Counted from the stretch's first letter, positions 10,413 through 21,930 are shown. The stretch is DNA of 64,000 bases from an uncultured Gemmatimonadales bacterium (GCA_963783305.1 CAWAMW010000011.1:96001-160000); one strand, 5' to 3'. Numbers and translations are program-made. Notes: generated from the letters alone by a model not told the origin.

Positions 10413-11054
10413 ATGAAGAAGGTATCGGAGCCGACGATCGGTCGACTCTCCCTGTATCTCCGGCTGCTGATGGAGCTCTCGGACCGGGGCGTTGTCACGG
10501 TATCGAGCGAGGACCTGGCGGCTCGGAGCGGCACCACGGCCGCGCAGGTCAGGAAGGACCTGTCGCTATTCGGCAGCTTCGGCAAGCGGGGTCTCGGGTA
10601 CGCAGTCGGCGAGCTGGAAGGTCGATTGCGCCGGATCCTGGGCCTGGAGCGGCGCTGGGGCGTCGCCCTGATCGGGGCGGGTCGGATCGGCTCCGCACTG
10701 TTCGGCTATGACAATTTCCGCCGGCAGGGATTCCTGATCGAGGCGGTCTTCGATGCCAATCCCGACAAGGTGGGCCAGCGCTGGAACGGTCTCGTGGTGG
10801 AGCCGGACAGTGCCATGGAGAAGATTGTGTCGGAGCGGGGTATCGAGATCGCCGTGATCGCGGTGCCGGCGGAGGCCGCGCAGCGTGTGGTGGACCGGCT
10901 GGTGGCGGCGGGGGTGCGCGGGGTTCTGAACTTCGCGCCCACGCGCCTTACGGTACCGTCCGAAGTGGAGGTGAAGGCGGTGGACATGGCATTGGAGATG
11001 GAAGGGTTGTCATACGCGTTGACGCGGGCGGACAGGCGATCGGGCGTCGCATGA
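10413..11054 (+). CDS. rex: Redox-sensing transcriptional repressor Rex
   Basis: RLSLYLR, QVRKDLSLFGSFGKRGLGY, GAGRIG, LNFAP. Confidence 0.96.
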   Translation: MKKVSEPTIGRLSLYLRLLMELSDRGVVTVSSEDLAARSGTTAAQVRKDLSLFGSFGKRGLGYAVGELEGRLRRILGLERRWGVALIGAGRIGSALFGYDNFRRQGFLIEAVFDANPDKVGQRWNGLVVEPDSAMEKIVSERGIEIAVIAVPAEAAQRVVDRLVAAGVRGVLNFAPTRLTVPSEVEVKAVDMALEMEGLSYALTRADRRSGVA

Positions 11055-11064
11055 GGAGGTGGGG

Positions 11065-12312
11065 ATGAAGGAGCAGCGGGTACGTGTCACCAGCGAGATC
11101 GGTGCTCTACGACGTGTGATCTGCCACACGCCGGGCTCCGAGCTGCTGGCGGTGACGCCGAGCACCAAGGAAGACTTCCTCTACGACGACCTCCTCGACC
11201 TGGAGGAGGCGCGGCGGGAGCACAAGCGGTTCAAGGCGGTGCTGGCGCGGTTCGCAAAGGTGGAAGAGGTAGCGGATCTCATTCGCGACCTCATGGAGCT
11301 GCCGGAGGCGCGGTCGTTCCTCGTGGAGCGCGTCATGGATGTCACGCGCTCGGAGCCGCTGGCGAAGTTCCTCGAGGCGCTCCCGTCGAGCGAGCTGGTC
11401 AGCATGTTCATCGAGGGACGTGAGGTGGAGGAAGGCCCCCTCGCGCGGGTGCTGAACGTGGAGAGTTATGCCCTCCCACCGCTCCCGAACCTGTTCTTCA
11501 CGAGGGACGCGGCCATGGTGGTGGGCGAGGGGGTCATGATCGGCTCCATGCGCTACACCGTGCGCTGGACCGAGGAGATCCTGATGAAGGCGCTCTTCAC
11601 CTTCCACCCGGAGCTCCAGAACACCGGCCTCATCTACGACGGCAGCGAGGAGCGCCGCTCCGGCTACACGCTGGAAGGGGGCGATGTCCACGTGCTGCGT
11701 CCGGACACGGTCCTGATCGGCGTGTCGCAGCGATCGAGCCCCGTGGCGTTCGACGCCGTGGCGGAGGAGCTGTCGAAGAACCACGGGATCAGGCACATCA
11801 TCGTGGTGGTCCTGCCCATCGAGCGCGCCATGATCCACCTGGACATGGTGCTCACGATGGTCGACCGGAACCACCTCGTGATCTACCCGCCGGCCTTCGT
11901 CGGACCCGACCGTTACGCCGTCCTCTACTACAAGGCGGGGGAGTCGGCGGCCATGCAGGAAATGCCGAACCTGTTCGCGGCGCTCCGGGAGGTCGACCTG
12001 CCCATGGAGCCCATTTTCTGCGGGGGCGAGCGGCGTACCTTCCAGGAGCGTGAGCAGTGGTCGAGCGGGTGCAACTTCGTGGCGGTGCGGCCGGGTGTGG
12101 TTGTCGGGTACTCCCGCAACGAGCGCACGTACGCGGAGATGGAGCGTGAAGCGGGCTTCCGCATCCTGAAGGGGCACGACTTCCTCACCGGCGAGGTGGA
12201 GCTGAAGCCAGACGACCGCGCGGTCATCACCTTTGAAGGCGCGGAGCTGGTCCGCGGCGGGGGCGGCGGCCGCTGCATGACGCTCCCGGTGATCCGCGAG
12301 GATATCTGGTGA
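11065..12312 (+). CDS. arcA: Arginine deiminase
   Basis: SEIG, PNLFFTRD, EGGD, MIHLD, GGGGRCM catalytic motifs; GAGGAGG SD. Confidence 0.9.
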   Translation: MKEQRVRVTSEIGALRRVICHTPGSELLAVTPSTKEDFLYDDLLDLEEARREHKRFKAVLARFAKVEEVADLIRDLMELPEARSFLVERVMDVTRSEPLAKFLEALPSSELVSMFIEGREVEEGPLARVLNVESYALPPLPNLFFTRDAAMVVGEGVMIGSMRYTVRWTEEILMKALFTFHPELQNTGLIYDGSEERRSGYTLEGGDVHVLRPDTVLIGVSQRSSPVAFDAVAEELSKNHGIRHIIVVVLPIERAMIHLDMVLTMVDRNHLVIYPPAFVGPDRYAVLYYKAGESAAMQEMPNLFAALREVDLPMEPIFCGGERRTFQEREQWSSGCNFVAVRPGVVVGYSRNERTYAEMEREAGFRILKGHDFLTGEVELKPDDRAVITFEGAELVRGGGGGRCMTLPVIREDIW

Positions 12313-12983
12313 GCGGACCGGCGGAATACTATCCGCCCGTCGCGGAGGACCTGGCGCTCCACACCCTCGAGTACGCCGTGGTCGACTGCGAGACCACCGG
12401 CGGCTCGCCCGGCCGTGGCGACCGGATCACCGAGATCGCGGCCATCCGCGCCGACCGCAGCGGTCGCATCCTGGACGAGTTCTGCACGCTGGTGAACCCG
12501 GACCGCGCCATCCCCCGCGGGATTACGCGCATCACGCACATCGACGACGAGATGGTGGCCGAAGCGCCGTCGTTCCCGGAGATCGCACCCCGCGTCCAGG
12601 AGGTCCTCGCCGGCGCGGTGTTCGTGGCGCACAACGCGCCCTTCGACCTCCGCTTCGTGGAGTGGGAGATGCGCCGTGGCGACTTCGGCCCGCCCCGTGG
12701 GAAGGTGCTCTGCACCGCTCGCCTCGCGCGGAAGATGGCGCCGGAGATGCGCAGCCGATCCCTGGACGCGCTGATCCACCGCTGGGACATCCCGTGTGAG
12801 CCCCGGCACCGCGCCTATCCCGATGCGCGGGCCACGGTCGACATCCTGGTCCGACTCCTCGACATCGCCGCGGAGCGCGGGATCGGCGGCTGGGCCGAGC
12901 TGGACGCGGAGCTGAAGAGGCGGAAGAAGCGGCAGAAGCGGTCCGCACTGCCGCGATCGATGGACTACCCGGAGTGGGCGTAG
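12309..12983 (+). CDS. DEDDh 3'-5' exonuclease (DnaQ-like)
   Basis: VDCETTG, AHNAPFD, HRAYPDA. Confidence 0.9.
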   Translation: MSGPAEYYPPVAEDLALHTLEYAVVDCETTGGSPGRGDRITEIAAIRADRSGRILDEFCTLVNPDRAIPRGITRITHIDDEMVAEAPSFPEIAPRVQEVLAGAVFVAHNAPFDLRFVEWEMRRGDFGPPRGKVLCTARLARKMAPEMRSRSLDALIHRWDIPCEPRHRAYPDARATVDILVRLLDIAAERGIGGWAELDAELKRRKKRQKRSALPRSMDYPEWA

Positions 12984-13203
12984 GAGTCGGCCGCGCGCCG
13001 CGCGTCGACCGCGCTGAAGCGCGGCGTCGACCCGGCGGCCCACACCCGCCGCTCGCGCATGCCCCACTTCCCCTTTACGCTTCAGGTTCGACCCGTGAGG
13101 GCCACGCGGCCCGACCGATCGACAGTCAGCGCGCAGCGCCGCAGTCGACCAGGGAGCGAAGCGACCGATCGATGGCGTACCCAGGACTCAGCCGGAGCGA
13201 ACG

Positions 13204-14082
13204 ATGACGGACATCACGGATCTGCCACTGGTGCGGACGCGGAAGGTGGGATCGTACACGATCCACGCCCTCGAGGCGGGGCTTCAGCGGCTGGACGGCG
13301 GCGCCATGTTCGGCGTGGTGCCGAAGCCGCTCTGGGAGCGGCGGATCCCGGCCGATGATCGAAACCGGATCCCTCTCGGCCTTCGCTGCCTCCTGGTGGA
13401 GACGCCGGATGCGCTCGTGCTCGTGGATACGGGCGTGGGCAACAAGGAAGATGCGAAGTTCCACGACATCTACGGTATCCAGAACGACGGCTCGCCCACC
13501 CGGCTCGAGGACGCGATCCGGGCGGCGGGACACGCGCCGGCGGACGTGGACGTGCTCATCAGCACCCACCTGCATTTCGACCACGCGGGTGGAAACACCA
13601 TGGCGGAGCCCGATGGACGGATACGGCCGGCGTTCCCGGCGGCCCGGCACGTCGTGCAGAAGGCCGAGTTCGAGTTCGCGCAGATCCAGAACGAGCGGAT
13701 CCGGGCCAGCTACATGCCGCAGAATTACATGCCGGTGCAGGAGGCCGGGCTGTGGGACTTCGTGGAGGGGGACGTGGAGGTCGTGCCGGGCATACGCGTC
13801 ATGCGGACCCCGGGCCACACGCCCCACCACCAGTCCGTGGTGATCCGCTCCGAAGATGAGACCGCCTGTTTCCTGGCGGACCTCATTCCCACGGCCGCTC
13901 ACCTTCCGCTCCCCTGGATCATGGGCTACGACCTGGAGCCGCTGGTCACACTCGAGAGCAAGCGGTCGCTCATCGGGCGGGTCCGCGAAGAGGAGTGGCT
14001 GCTGATCTTCGAGCACGATCCGACCGTCCCCTGGGGGCGCCTGGACCCCTCCGAGAGGCGGCCCACGCTCATCGATCCGTAG
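13204..14082 (+). CDS. MBL-fold metallo-hydrolase
   Basis: LDGGAMFGVVPK, THLHFDHAG, GHT, FEHD. Confidence 0.9.
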   Translation: MTDITDLPLVRTRKVGSYTIHALEAGLQRLDGGAMFGVVPKPLWERRIPADDRNRIPLGLRCLLVETPDALVLVDTGVGNKEDAKFHDIYGIQNDGSPTRLEDAIRAAGHAPADVDVLISTHLHFDHAGGNTMAEPDGRIRPAFPAARHVVQKAEFEFAQIQNERIRASYMPQNYMPVQEAGLWDFVEGDVEVVPGIRVMRTPGHTPHHQSVVIRSEDETACFLADLIPTAAHLPLPWIMGYDLEPLVTLESKRSLIGRVREEEWLLIFEHDPTVPWGRLDPSERRPTLIDP

Positions 14083-14117
14083 TCGCCCAAGCGTACATCC
14101 CGGGGGCGTCTCGGCGA

Positions 14118-14147
14118 TTGGCCAGCCGGTCGCCGGCTCGCTATAAT
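14118..14147 (+). promoter_or_regulatory. Putative sigma70 promoter of thiolase operon
   Basis: TTGGCC-18 bp-TATAAT. Confidence 0.5.
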
Positions 14148-14211
14148 ACCGCGGCTTGTCGGCCCTCCCGGAGGGCCGCGAAAAACCGGACGCCTCGCGG
14201 GAGAGTGATAG

Positions 14212-15423
14212 ATGAGTGACCCGGCACGGACAGCCGTCATCGTATCGGCGGCACGCACCCCCATCGGACGCTTCCTCGGCGGGCTCAGTCCGCTCTCGGC
14301 CACGGAGCTCGGCGCGCGCGCCATCCGCGCTGCGCTCGACCGGTCCGGCGTCGATCCATCGGATATCGGCGATGTCATTCTCGGGAACGTGATCTCTGCC
14401 GGGCTCGGCCAGGCGCCGGCGCGCCAGGCGGCCATCGCGGGCGGTGTGCCGGAGAACGTGGGCGCCATGGCCGTGAGTCGCGTGTGCGGCTCGGGGCTCC
14501 AGGCGGTGATGTCGGCGGCGCAGGCGATCCGCGCGGGCGACGAGCGGGTCATGCTGGCGGGCGGGATGGAGTCCATGTCGAACGCGCCCTACTACCTGTT
14601 CGGCCACCGGACCGGTGTGAAGTTCGGGACGCAGCAGCTGGTGGACGGGCTGATCCACGACGGCCTCTGGTGCGCGTTCGGACAGTGCCACATGGGTGGA
14701 CACGCCGAGTACACCGCCGACAAGGCGGGCATCAGCCGCGAGGACGCAGACCGCTTCGCCTACGAGTCGCACCAGAAGGCGGTCAAGGCGCAGGACGAGG
14801 GATGGTTCGAGGCCGAGATGGTCCCGATCGATATCAGCTCACGGAAGGGGACCACCACCATAGCGGCCGACGAGTCGCCGCGCCGCGACACGTCCATGGA
14901 GGCGCTGGGCAAGCTCCGGCCGGCCTTCACGGGCGACATGCCCGAACACATCACCGAGCCGGTGGTGACGGCCGGCAACGCGCCCGGCCTGAACGATGGC
15001 GCCGCCGCGCTGGTGGTCACGAGCGAGGAGTACGCCCGCTCCAACGGGCTGGAGATCCTGGCCCGGATCAACGCCTACTCGAGCGGCGCAGTCACGCCTC
15101 AGGAGCTCTTCTTCGCACCCGTGCGGGCCGTTCGCCGGGTCATGGAGAAGGAGGGCACGTCCATTGGCGACTACGACCTGATCGAGGCCAACGAGGCCTT
15201 CGCCGTTCAGGCGCTCGCCGACGGCCGCGAGCTCGGCTGGGACTGGGATCGCGTGAACGTCCACGGAGGCGCGGTCGCCCTCGGCCACCCCATAGGCGCT
15301 TCCGGCGCTCGCGTCCTCGTCACGCTCATCCACGCCATGCGCGAGCGCGACGCCCGGACCGGCCTCGCCACCCTCTGCCTCGGGGGCGGGGACGCCGTCG
15401 CCCTTTCCGTAGAGAGGATCTGA
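14212..15423 (+). CDS. Acetyl-CoA C-acetyltransferase (thiolase)
   Basis: [23 protein letters not shown]. Confidence 0.95.
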   Translation: MSDPARTAVIVSAARTPIGRFLGGLSPLSATELGARAIRAALDRSGVDPSDIGDVILGNVISAGLGQAPARQAAIAGGVPENVGAMAVSRVCGSGLQAVMSAAQAIRAGDERVMLAGGMESMSNAPYYLFGHRTGVKFGTQQLVDGLIHDGLWCAFGQCHMGGHAEYTADKAGISREDADRFAYESHQKAVKAQDEGWFEAEMVPIDISSRKGTTTIAADESPRRDTSMEALGKLRPAFTGDMPEHITEPVVTAGNAPGLNDGAAALVVTSEEYARSNGLEILARINAYSSGAVTPQELFFAPVRAVRRVMEKEGTSIGDYDLIEANEAFAVQALADGRELGWDWDRVNVHGGAVALGHPIGASGARVLVTLIHAMRERDARTGLATLCLGGGDAVALSVERI

Positions 15424-15424
15424 T

Positions 15425-16012
15425 ATGCAGGAGACCATTTTCCGAATCCGGAACGCCGCTGCCCTCGAGCTTGTCCCGGACCGGAACGCCCGCCGCGTGC
15501 TGGCGGTGAGCGCCTTCGCGCTGGCCACGGCCCTCGGCGCCCACGTGGCCGTGCCTCTGACGCCCGTGCCCGTGACGCTCCAGACGCTCTTCGTGATCCT
15601 CGCCGGCGCCATGCTCGGACCGTCGCTGGGGGCGGCCTCCCAGATGGCCTATCTGGCCATGGGCGTGGCCGGAATGCCGGTCTTCGCCGGCGGCTTCGGG
15701 CTCGCGTACCTGGCCGGTCCCACCGGCGGGTACCTCCTGGCGTTCCCCGCCACCGCCTTCGTGGCCGGGATCGTCGCCCGCCGCGTCGCCGGACGCGGAG
15801 TCACGGCCGGGCTGGCCCTGTTCGTGGGCCTCTTCCTGGCGTCGCTGGTCACGCTGGGCGGCGGGACCGCGTGGCTCGCCGTCTACACGGGCGACCTGTC
15901 CGCCGCCGCTGCCGCGGGGCTCATTCCGTTCCTGGCGGGGGACGTGCTCAAGGTCGGGATCGCGACGCTCCTCGCCTGGCGCGGCCGCCATCGGACGCGC
16001 CGGCTGCTCTAG
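15425..16012 (+). CDS. bioY: Biotin transporter BioY
   Basis: [26 protein letters not shown]. Confidence 0.9.
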   Translation: MQETIFRIRNAAALELVPDRNARRVLAVSAFALATALGAHVAVPLTPVPVTLQTLFVILAGAMLGPSLGAASQMAYLAMGVAGMPVFAGGFGLAYLAGPTGGYLLAFPATAFVAGIVARRVAGRGVTAGLALFVGLFLASLVTLGGGTAWLAVYTGDLSAAAAAGLIPFLAGDVLKVGIATLLAWRGRHRTRRLL

Positions 16013-16021
16013 CCGTCGACC

Positions 16022-16951
16022 TTGAACGACGGGTGGCGCCCATGGTTCGTTCGAGAAGGCCGGCTCCGCACTCTGTGGCGTGTGCTGCTGTTCATTCTCG
16101 GCGTGATGGCCATCCTGCAGCTGGAGATGCTGCTGCTGCTCCCGGCGATAGGCCCGATCACCATGGAAGAGGACCGGCTCTCCGCCGGGCTGATCCTGCA
16201 GAGCGCACTGCTGCTGACCGCGGCCGTTCTGGCCGGCCGCGCCATGCTGCACTGGGTGGATCGGCGTCCCGGGGTCCGGCTCGGGTTCCCGCTGGACCGT
16301 CGCGCACCGCTGGAGCTCCTGGCGGGCGTCGGAGTGGGCGCGGGGATCGTGGCCGTGGTCGTGGCCATCCTGGCGCTGGCGGGCGCCTACCGCTACGTCG
16401 CCGAGGCCGGCTCACTCCTCGGCTGGATGAGCGTGGCCGGGGTCAGCCTGACGGCCCTGGCCATTCCCGCGGCCGCCGAGGAAGCGCTGTTTCGCGGCTA
16501 CATGCTCCGGACGCTCACCGAGGGCGCAGGCACCGCTACCGCGGTCGTGGTCACGAGCGTGCTCTTCACGCTGGTCCATGGCGCCAACCCGAACGTCACG
16601 ATGTTCGCCCTGCTCAACATCCTGCTGGCGGGAGTGCTCCTGGCGCTGGCGGTCCTGCGAACCGGCACTCTCTGGTTCGCTACGGCGCTGCACCTCGGGT
16701 GGAACTGGGTCATGGCCGGGCCGCTGGACCTGCCGGTCAGCGGGATCGGCGGGTACGATGTGCCGCTGTACGACGTGGCGGGAACCGATCCCGCATGGCT
16801 TACGGGTGGAAATTTCGGACCCGAGGGAGGATTCGCCGGCACGGCTGCGGCGCTGCTCGGGATCGCGCTGGTGATACGCCTGACCCGGCCCGGCGCCACG
16901 CTGGCCGGACACTACGTGAACGGGAGACATGAGCATGTCGAAGATCGATAG
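16022..16951 (+). CDS. CPBP/CAAX-family intramembrane glutamic endopeptidase
   Basis: EEALFRG, FTLVH, HLGWN; start uncertain. Confidence 0.88.
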   Translation: MNDGWRPWFVREGRLRTLWRVLLFILGVMAILQLEMLLLLPAIGPITMEEDRLSAGLILQSALLLTAAVLAGRAMLHWVDRRPGVRLGFPLDRRAPLELLAGVGVGAGIVAVVVAILALAGAYRYVAEAGSLLGWMSVAGVSLTALAIPAAAEEALFRGYMLRTLTEGAGTATAVVVTSVLFTLVHGANPNVTMFALLNILLAGVLLALAVLRTGTLWFATALHLGWNWVMAGPLDLPVSGIGGYDVPLYDVAGTDPAWLTGGNFGPEGGFAGTAAALLGIALVIRLTRPGATLAGHYVNGRHEHVEDR

Positions 16952-17783
16952 AATTGGCGTCGTGGGCGGCGGAACCATGGGGAACGGCATCGCCCACGTC
17001 TTCGCGCAGAACGGGCACGCGGTCACCCTGGTGGACGTGGACCGGGACAGGGTGGACACCGCGCTGGCGACGATCCGGAAGAATCTCGACCGGCAGGCGA
17101 AGAAGGGGATCATCGAAGAGTCCGCGGTCCAGGAGATCGTCGGGCGGATCCAGGGCGCTACGGAGATGTCGGCGATCGAGGGCGCCGACCTGGTGGTGGA
17201 GGCCGTTCCCGAGAAGCTCGAGCTGAAGGCCGGCATTCTCGAGAAGCTGGACGACATCGTCGGCGACGGGATCCTCGCCTCCAATACCTCCTCCATCTCC
17301 ATCACCGCCCTCGCCGCGCGGACGAAGCGGCCCGAGCGCGTCATCGGCATGCACTTCATGAACCCGGTGCCCGTGATGAAGCTGGTGGAGGTGATCCGCG
17401 GCCTGCAGACCAGCGATGACGTGACCCGCCGCGTGATGGAGGTCTCGGAATCCCTCGGGAAGACGCCCGTCGAGGTGAACGATTTCCCTGGCTTCGTGTC
17501 GAACCGGGTCCTCATGCCCATGATCAACGAGGCCGTGTTCGCCCTCATGGAGGGCGTCGCCGAGCCCGAGGCCATCGACACCGTCATGAAGCTGGGGATG
17601 AACCACCCCATGGGCCCCCTGGCACTCGCCGACCTCATCGGTCTGGACACGTGCCTCAACATCCTCGAGGTGCTCCACCGCGACATGGGCGACGACCGCT
17701 ACCGCCCCTGTCCTCTTCTCCGGAAATACGTGGACGCCGGCTGGCACGGCCGGAAGAGTGGGCGTGGATTCTATGGATATTGA
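16929..17783 (+). CDS. 3-hydroxybutyryl-CoA dehydrogenase
   Basis: [33 protein letters not shown]. Confidence 0.93.
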   Translation: MSMSKIDRIGVVGGGTMGNGIAHVFAQNGHAVTLVDVDRDRVDTALATIRKNLDRQAKKGIIEESAVQEIVGRIQGATEMSAIEGADLVVEAVPEKLELKAGILEKLDDIVGDGILASNTSSISITALAARTKRPERVIGMHFMNPVPVMKLVEVIRGLQTSDDVTRRVMEVSESLGKTPVEVNDFPGFVSNRVLMPMINEAVFALMEGVAEPEAIDTVMKLGMNHPMGPLALADLIGLDTCLNILEVLHRDMGDDRYRPCPLLRKYVDAGWHGRKSGRGFYGY

Positions 17784-18888
17784 CCTGGCCGAAATTACCG
17801 CCCTGGCGCAGCAGTTCGCGGAGGGCGAGCTGCGCCCGCACGTGGAGCGCTGGGACCGGGAGGCCGCGCTGGAGCCGGCGGTGCTGGAGCAGCTGGGGGA
17901 GCTCGGCTTCTTCGGCATGCTGGCGCCCGACGAGCATGGCGGCATGGACTTCGACCGCGAAACATACCTGGCCGTGCTGGAGGCGCTCTCCTGGGGCGAG
18001 CCCTCCATCGGGCTCACCCTGTCGATCCATAGCGCATTCGCCGTCTCCCTGCTCGTCCGCCACGGCACGCCCGAGCAGCGTGAGCGGTGGCTGCCCGAGC
18101 TCGCAGCGGGGGAGCGTCTGGGCTGCTTCGCCCTCTCCGAAGAGGGCGCCGGCTCGGATGCCGCGGCGGCGTCGGCCACGGCGGAGCGAGTGGACGCGGG
18201 CTGGGTCCTGAACGGCACGAAGAAATGGGTCACGAACGGTCGCATCGCGGGACTGGCGGTGGTGGTCGCCCGGACCGGTGGCGGGGGGGCGGCGGGACTG
18301 AGCGCCTTCCTGGTCCCTACGGACTCGAATGGATGGGTCGTCGAGGGTCGGGAGAACACGATGGGTATGCGGCCCGTCGAGGTGGTGACGGTCCGACTGG
18401 ACGCGCTTGAGCTGCCCGGCGATGCGCTGCTGGGCGAGGAGGGTGCTGGCTTCACGCTGGCGATGGAGGGGTTGGACCTGGGGCGGCTGGGGATCGCCGC
18501 CCAGGCGGTGGGGATCGCACGGGCCGCGCTGGACCACGCGGTGGCGTACGCGGACGAGCGTGAGCAGTTTGGTCACGCGCTGCGCGAGTTCGAGGCGATC
18601 CAGTTCAAGCTGGCGGACATGGCGACGAGGATCGCCGCCGCACGGTCGCTCCTCTACTGGGCGGCCGAACAGGGCACGACGCAGGCGTCCTCCATGGCCA
18701 AGCTGTTCTGCAGCGAGACGGCCATGGCGGTGACAACGGAGGCGGTGCAGATATTCGGCGGCTACGGCTACATGCGGGATTACCCCGTGGAGAAGCTGAT
18801 GCGGGACGCCAAGGCCACGGAGATCTACGAGGGAACCAACGAGATCCAGCGCGTGATCATCGCGCGGGACCTTTACCGGAACGGATAG
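17773..18888 (+). CDS. Acyl-CoA dehydrogenase
   Basis: [39 protein letters not shown]. Confidence 0.93.
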   Translation: MDIDLAEITALAQQFAEGELRPHVERWDREAALEPAVLEQLGELGFFGMLAPDEHGGMDFDRETYLAVLEALSWGEPSIGLTLSIHSAFAVSLLVRHGTPEQRERWLPELAAGERLGCFALSEEGAGSDAAAASATAERVDAGWVLNGTKKWVTNGRIAGLAVVVARTGGGGAAGLSAFLVPTDSNGWVVEGRENTMGMRPVEVVTVRLDALELPGDALLGEEGAGFTLAMEGLDLGRLGIAAQAVGIARAALDHAVAYADEREQFGHALREFEAIQFKLADMATRIAAARSLLYWAAEQGTTQASSMAKLFCSETAMAVTTEAVQIFGGYGYMRDYPVEKLMRDAKATEIYEGTNEIQRVIIARDLYRNG

Positions 18889-18896
18889 AGGAGATC

Positions 18897-19952
18897 ATGG
18901 AGATATTCGACAAGATCGAGAAGCACGGGCACGAGCAGGTCGTCTACTGGTACGACCCGGCTTCCGGCTACCGGGGGATCATCGCGATCCACAATACCAC
19001 CCTGGGACCGGCGCTCGGTGGCACACGCTTCTGGAACTACAAGAGCGATGCGGAAGCGCTCACGGACGTGCTCCGTCTTTCGCGCGGCATGACCTACAAG
19101 TCCGCAGCGGCCGGGCTCAACCTGGGCGGCGGGAAGTCGGTGATCATCGGCGACCCGAAGGCCAAGCGCCGGGAGATGATCTTCCGGGCCCACGGTCGCT
19201 TCGTGGAATCGCTGAAGGGCCGCTACATCACGGCGGAGGACGTGGGCACCAGTGTCGAGGACATGGACTACGTCCACATGGAGACGGAGTACGTGACCGG
19301 TCTGGCCGGCCGGAGCGGCGACCCGTCCCCCGTCACCGCCTACGGCACCTACCGCGGTATCAAGGCCGCCGCCAAAGCCAAGTACGGCAGCGATGACCTC
19401 GATGGCGTGACGGTCGCGGTGCAGGGCACCGGCCACGTGGGGTACTTCCTCTGTGAGGACCTGGCCGCCGAGGGTGCCAAGCTCATCGTCACCGACATCG
19501 ATGACGAGCGGGTGAAGCGCGTGGTGGACGAGTTCGGTGCGAAGGCGGTTGGCCCCGATGAGATCTACGGGGTCGACGCCCAGGTCTTCGCCCCGTGCGC
19601 GCTGGGAGCCGTGGTCAACGATGAGACGCTCCCACGCTTCAAGTTCGATATCATCGCCGGCGCGGCCAACAACCAGCTGGGCGAGGAGCGTCACGGCAAG
19701 GAGCTGAAGGAGAAGGGCATCCTCTACGCCCCGGACTATGTGATCAACGCCGGCGGCGTGATCAACGTCTACGGCGAGCTCAACGGCTGGAGCCTGGAGC
19801 GCTCCAAGCGGAAGGCCGGCGAGATCTACGACACCCTCGACCAGCTCTTCGAGCTCGCGGAGGAGGAGGGGCTGCCCACGAGCGACGCGGCCGACCGGGT
19901 CGCCGAACGGCGAATCGACCAGGTCGGGTTGATGCACCGGACCTGGCTGTAG
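18897..19952 (+). CDS. Leu/Val/Phe dehydrogenase
   Basis: [31 protein letters not shown]. Confidence 0.92.
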   Translation: MEIFDKIEKHGHEQVVYWYDPASGYRGIIAIHNTTLGPALGGTRFWNYKSDAEALTDVLRLSRGMTYKSAAAGLNLGGGKSVIIGDPKAKRREMIFRAHGRFVESLKGRYITAEDVGTSVEDMDYVHMETEYVTGLAGRSGDPSPVTAYGTYRGIKAAAKAKYGSDDLDGVTVAVQGTGHVGYFLCEDLAAEGAKLIVTDIDDERVKRVVDEFGAKAVGPDEIYGVDAQVFAPCALGAVVNDETLPRFKFDIIAGAANNQLGEERHGKELKEKGILYAPDYVINAGGVINVYGELNGWSLERSKRKAGEIYDTLDQLFELAEEEGLPTSDAADRVAERRIDQVGLMHRTWL

Positions 19953-19961
19953 GGCGGATCC

Positions 19962-21230
19962 ATGGACGCACTCAGGTCGACCGACCCGGAGATCTTCGAT
20001 ACGGTCGCGAGGGAGGCCCGTCGTCAGCATGAGACGCTGGAGCTCATCGCGAGCGAGAACTTCACCTCGCCCGCCGTCCTCGAGGCGATGGGCACGGTGC
20101 TCACGAACAAGTACGCCGAGGGGTATCCGGGTCGCCGGTATTACGGCGGCTGTGAGGTGGTGGATGATACCGAGCGGCTCGCCATCGATCGCTGCAAGGC
20201 GCTCTTCGGCGCCGAGCACGCGAACGTCCAGCCCCATTCCGGGGCTCAGGCCAACATGGCGGCGTACATGGCGCTCATGCAGGCTGGCGACGGATTGCTG
20301 GGCATGAGCCTCAGCCACGGTGGCCACCTCACCCACGGCTCACCCGTAAATTTCAGCGGGCAGCTGTACGATGTGTCGGCGTATGGCGTGGACGAGGCCA
20401 CGGGCCGGATCGATTACGACCAGGTGCGGGATCTGGCGCGCGAGCGCCGGCCACGGGTGATCGTGGCCGGCGCCAGCGCCTATCCGCGGATCATCGACTT
20501 CGAGGCGTTCGGCGAGATCGCGCGCGAGGTCGATGCGGCGCTGGTGGTGGACATGGCGCACATCGCCGGCCTCATCGCCGGTGGGGTACACCCGAGTCCC
20601 GTGCCCCACGCCGATATCGTGACCTCCACGACGCACAAGACCCTGCGCGGACCGCGTGGTGGGATCGCCCTGGCGCGGGAGGACCACGCCAAGGCGCTGG
20701 ACAAGGCGGTGTTCCCCGGGATGCAGGGAGGTCCCCTGATGCACGTGATCGCCGCCAAGGCCGTGGCCTTGAAGGAGGCGTCCACCGAGGAGTTCCGCGA
20801 CTACGCTAGCCGGGTGGTGGCGAACGCCGCCGCACTGGCGGAAACCATCATGGAGCGTGGCTTCCAGCTCGTGAGCGGCGGGACGGACAACCATCTTCTG
20901 CTGCTGGACCTGAGCGACAGTGAGCTCACCGGCAAGGCGGCGGAGGCCGCGCTGGAGGCGGCGGGAATCACGACCAACAAGAATACGGTGCCCGGTGAGA
21001 AGCGCTCGCCCTTCGTTACGTCGGGTGTGCGGATCGGGACGGCCGCGCTGACCACGCGGGGAATGGATGAGGCGGACATGCGGCGGATCGGCAGCTGGAT
21101 GGCCGATGTGCTGGACGCCCCGGAGGACGAAGGAGTGCGCCGCAGGGTCAGGGAAGGGATCCGGGAGCTGACCGAGGCCTGGCCTCTCTATCCCGGCTGG
21201 CGCGCGGCACATTTCGAGGCGGCCGGCTGA
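19962..21230 (+). CDS. glyA: Serine hydroxymethyltransferase
   Basis: [34 protein letters not shown]. Confidence 0.97.
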   Translation: MDALRSTDPEIFDTVAREARRQHETLELIASENFTSPAVLEAMGTVLTNKYAEGYPGRRYYGGCEVVDDTERLAIDRCKALFGAEHANVQPHSGAQANMAAYMALMQAGDGLLGMSLSHGGHLTHGSPVNFSGQLYDVSAYGVDEATGRIDYDQVRDLARERRPRVIVAGASAYPRIIDFEAFGEIAREVDAALVVDMAHIAGLIAGGVHPSPVPHADIVTSTTHKTLRGPRGGIALAREDHAKALDKAVFPGMQGGPLMHVIAAKAVALKEASTEEFRDYASRVVANAAALAETIMERGFQLVSGGTDNHLLLLDLSDSELTGKAAEAALEAAGITTNKNTVPGEKRSPFVTSGVRIGTAALTTRGMDEADMRRIGSWMADVLDAPEDEGVRRRVREGIRELTEAWPLYPGWRAAHFEAAG

Positions 21231-21296
21231 CACGTTGCGTCCGGCGCGACCTTCCGCCAAATTTCTGTCGGAGTTTGACTTGCGCCATTGTAGATC

Positions 21297-21680
21297 ATGA
21301 ACGAGAGCATGGCATTTGCCGACGAGGTGATCGACCGTCTCCGTGAACGCCACCCGCGTTACCACGAGACGGCCTACCTCTTCATCCTGTCGGCCCTGCA
21401 CCACGTGCTGGAGCAGCTCGACCAGCCCCGGCACATCAGCGGGCGGGAGCTCGCCGAGGGCATGCGTGACCTGGCGCTCCGACGCTACGGGCCCATGGCC
21501 CGCACCGTTCTGGAGCACTGGGGCATCGAGCAGACCGCCGACGTTGGAGCGATCGTGTTCGCTCTCGTGGACGCCGGGATTCTCCTGAAGCAGGACGACG
21601 ACTCGCCCCATGATTTCGACTCCCTCTTCGATTTTGAGGAGGAGTTCGAGGAAAACTACCCATGGGGCGCCAGCATCTGA
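21297..21680 (+). CDS. Conserved hypothetical protein resembling the Minf_1886/TIGR04138 family
   Basis: AYLFI, RHISGREL, YGPMARTVLEHWGI, DVGAIVFALV pattern. Confidence 0.7.
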   Translation: MNESMAFADEVIDRLRERHPRYHETAYLFILSALHHVLEQLDQPRHISGRELAEGMRDLALRRYGPMARTVLEHWGIEQTADVGAIVFALVDAGILLKQDDDSPHDFDSLFDFEEEFEENYPWGASI

Positions 21681-21716
21681 TCGGTCGGGGCGTACCAGAG
21701 ACCCACACGGGAGGGG

Positions 21717-21917
21717 ATGAAGATGACTGAGGCGAGCTGGCCGGAATGCCAGAAGTGCGACTCGGGACGCATGCTGCCACTTTCGGACTATGGGCGGGAG
21801 GGTGCCGCCATTCGCTACAAGGCCTGGGTCTGTTCGAACCCGGAGTGCGGCTTCAACATCCGGATCGACAACGGCGAGATCAGCTTCGGGCGCGCCATCG
21901 GCCCCAGCTACAAGTAG
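21717..21917 (+). CDS. Small zinc-ribbon protein
   Basis: CQKC...CSNPEC; GGAGGG SD; start 21717 or 21723. Confidence 0.75.
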   Translation: MKMTEASWPECQKCDSGRMLPLSDYGREGAAIRYKAWVCSNPECGFNIRIDNGEISFGRAIGPSYK

Positions 21918-21930
21918 CCCGGGAAGGCTC

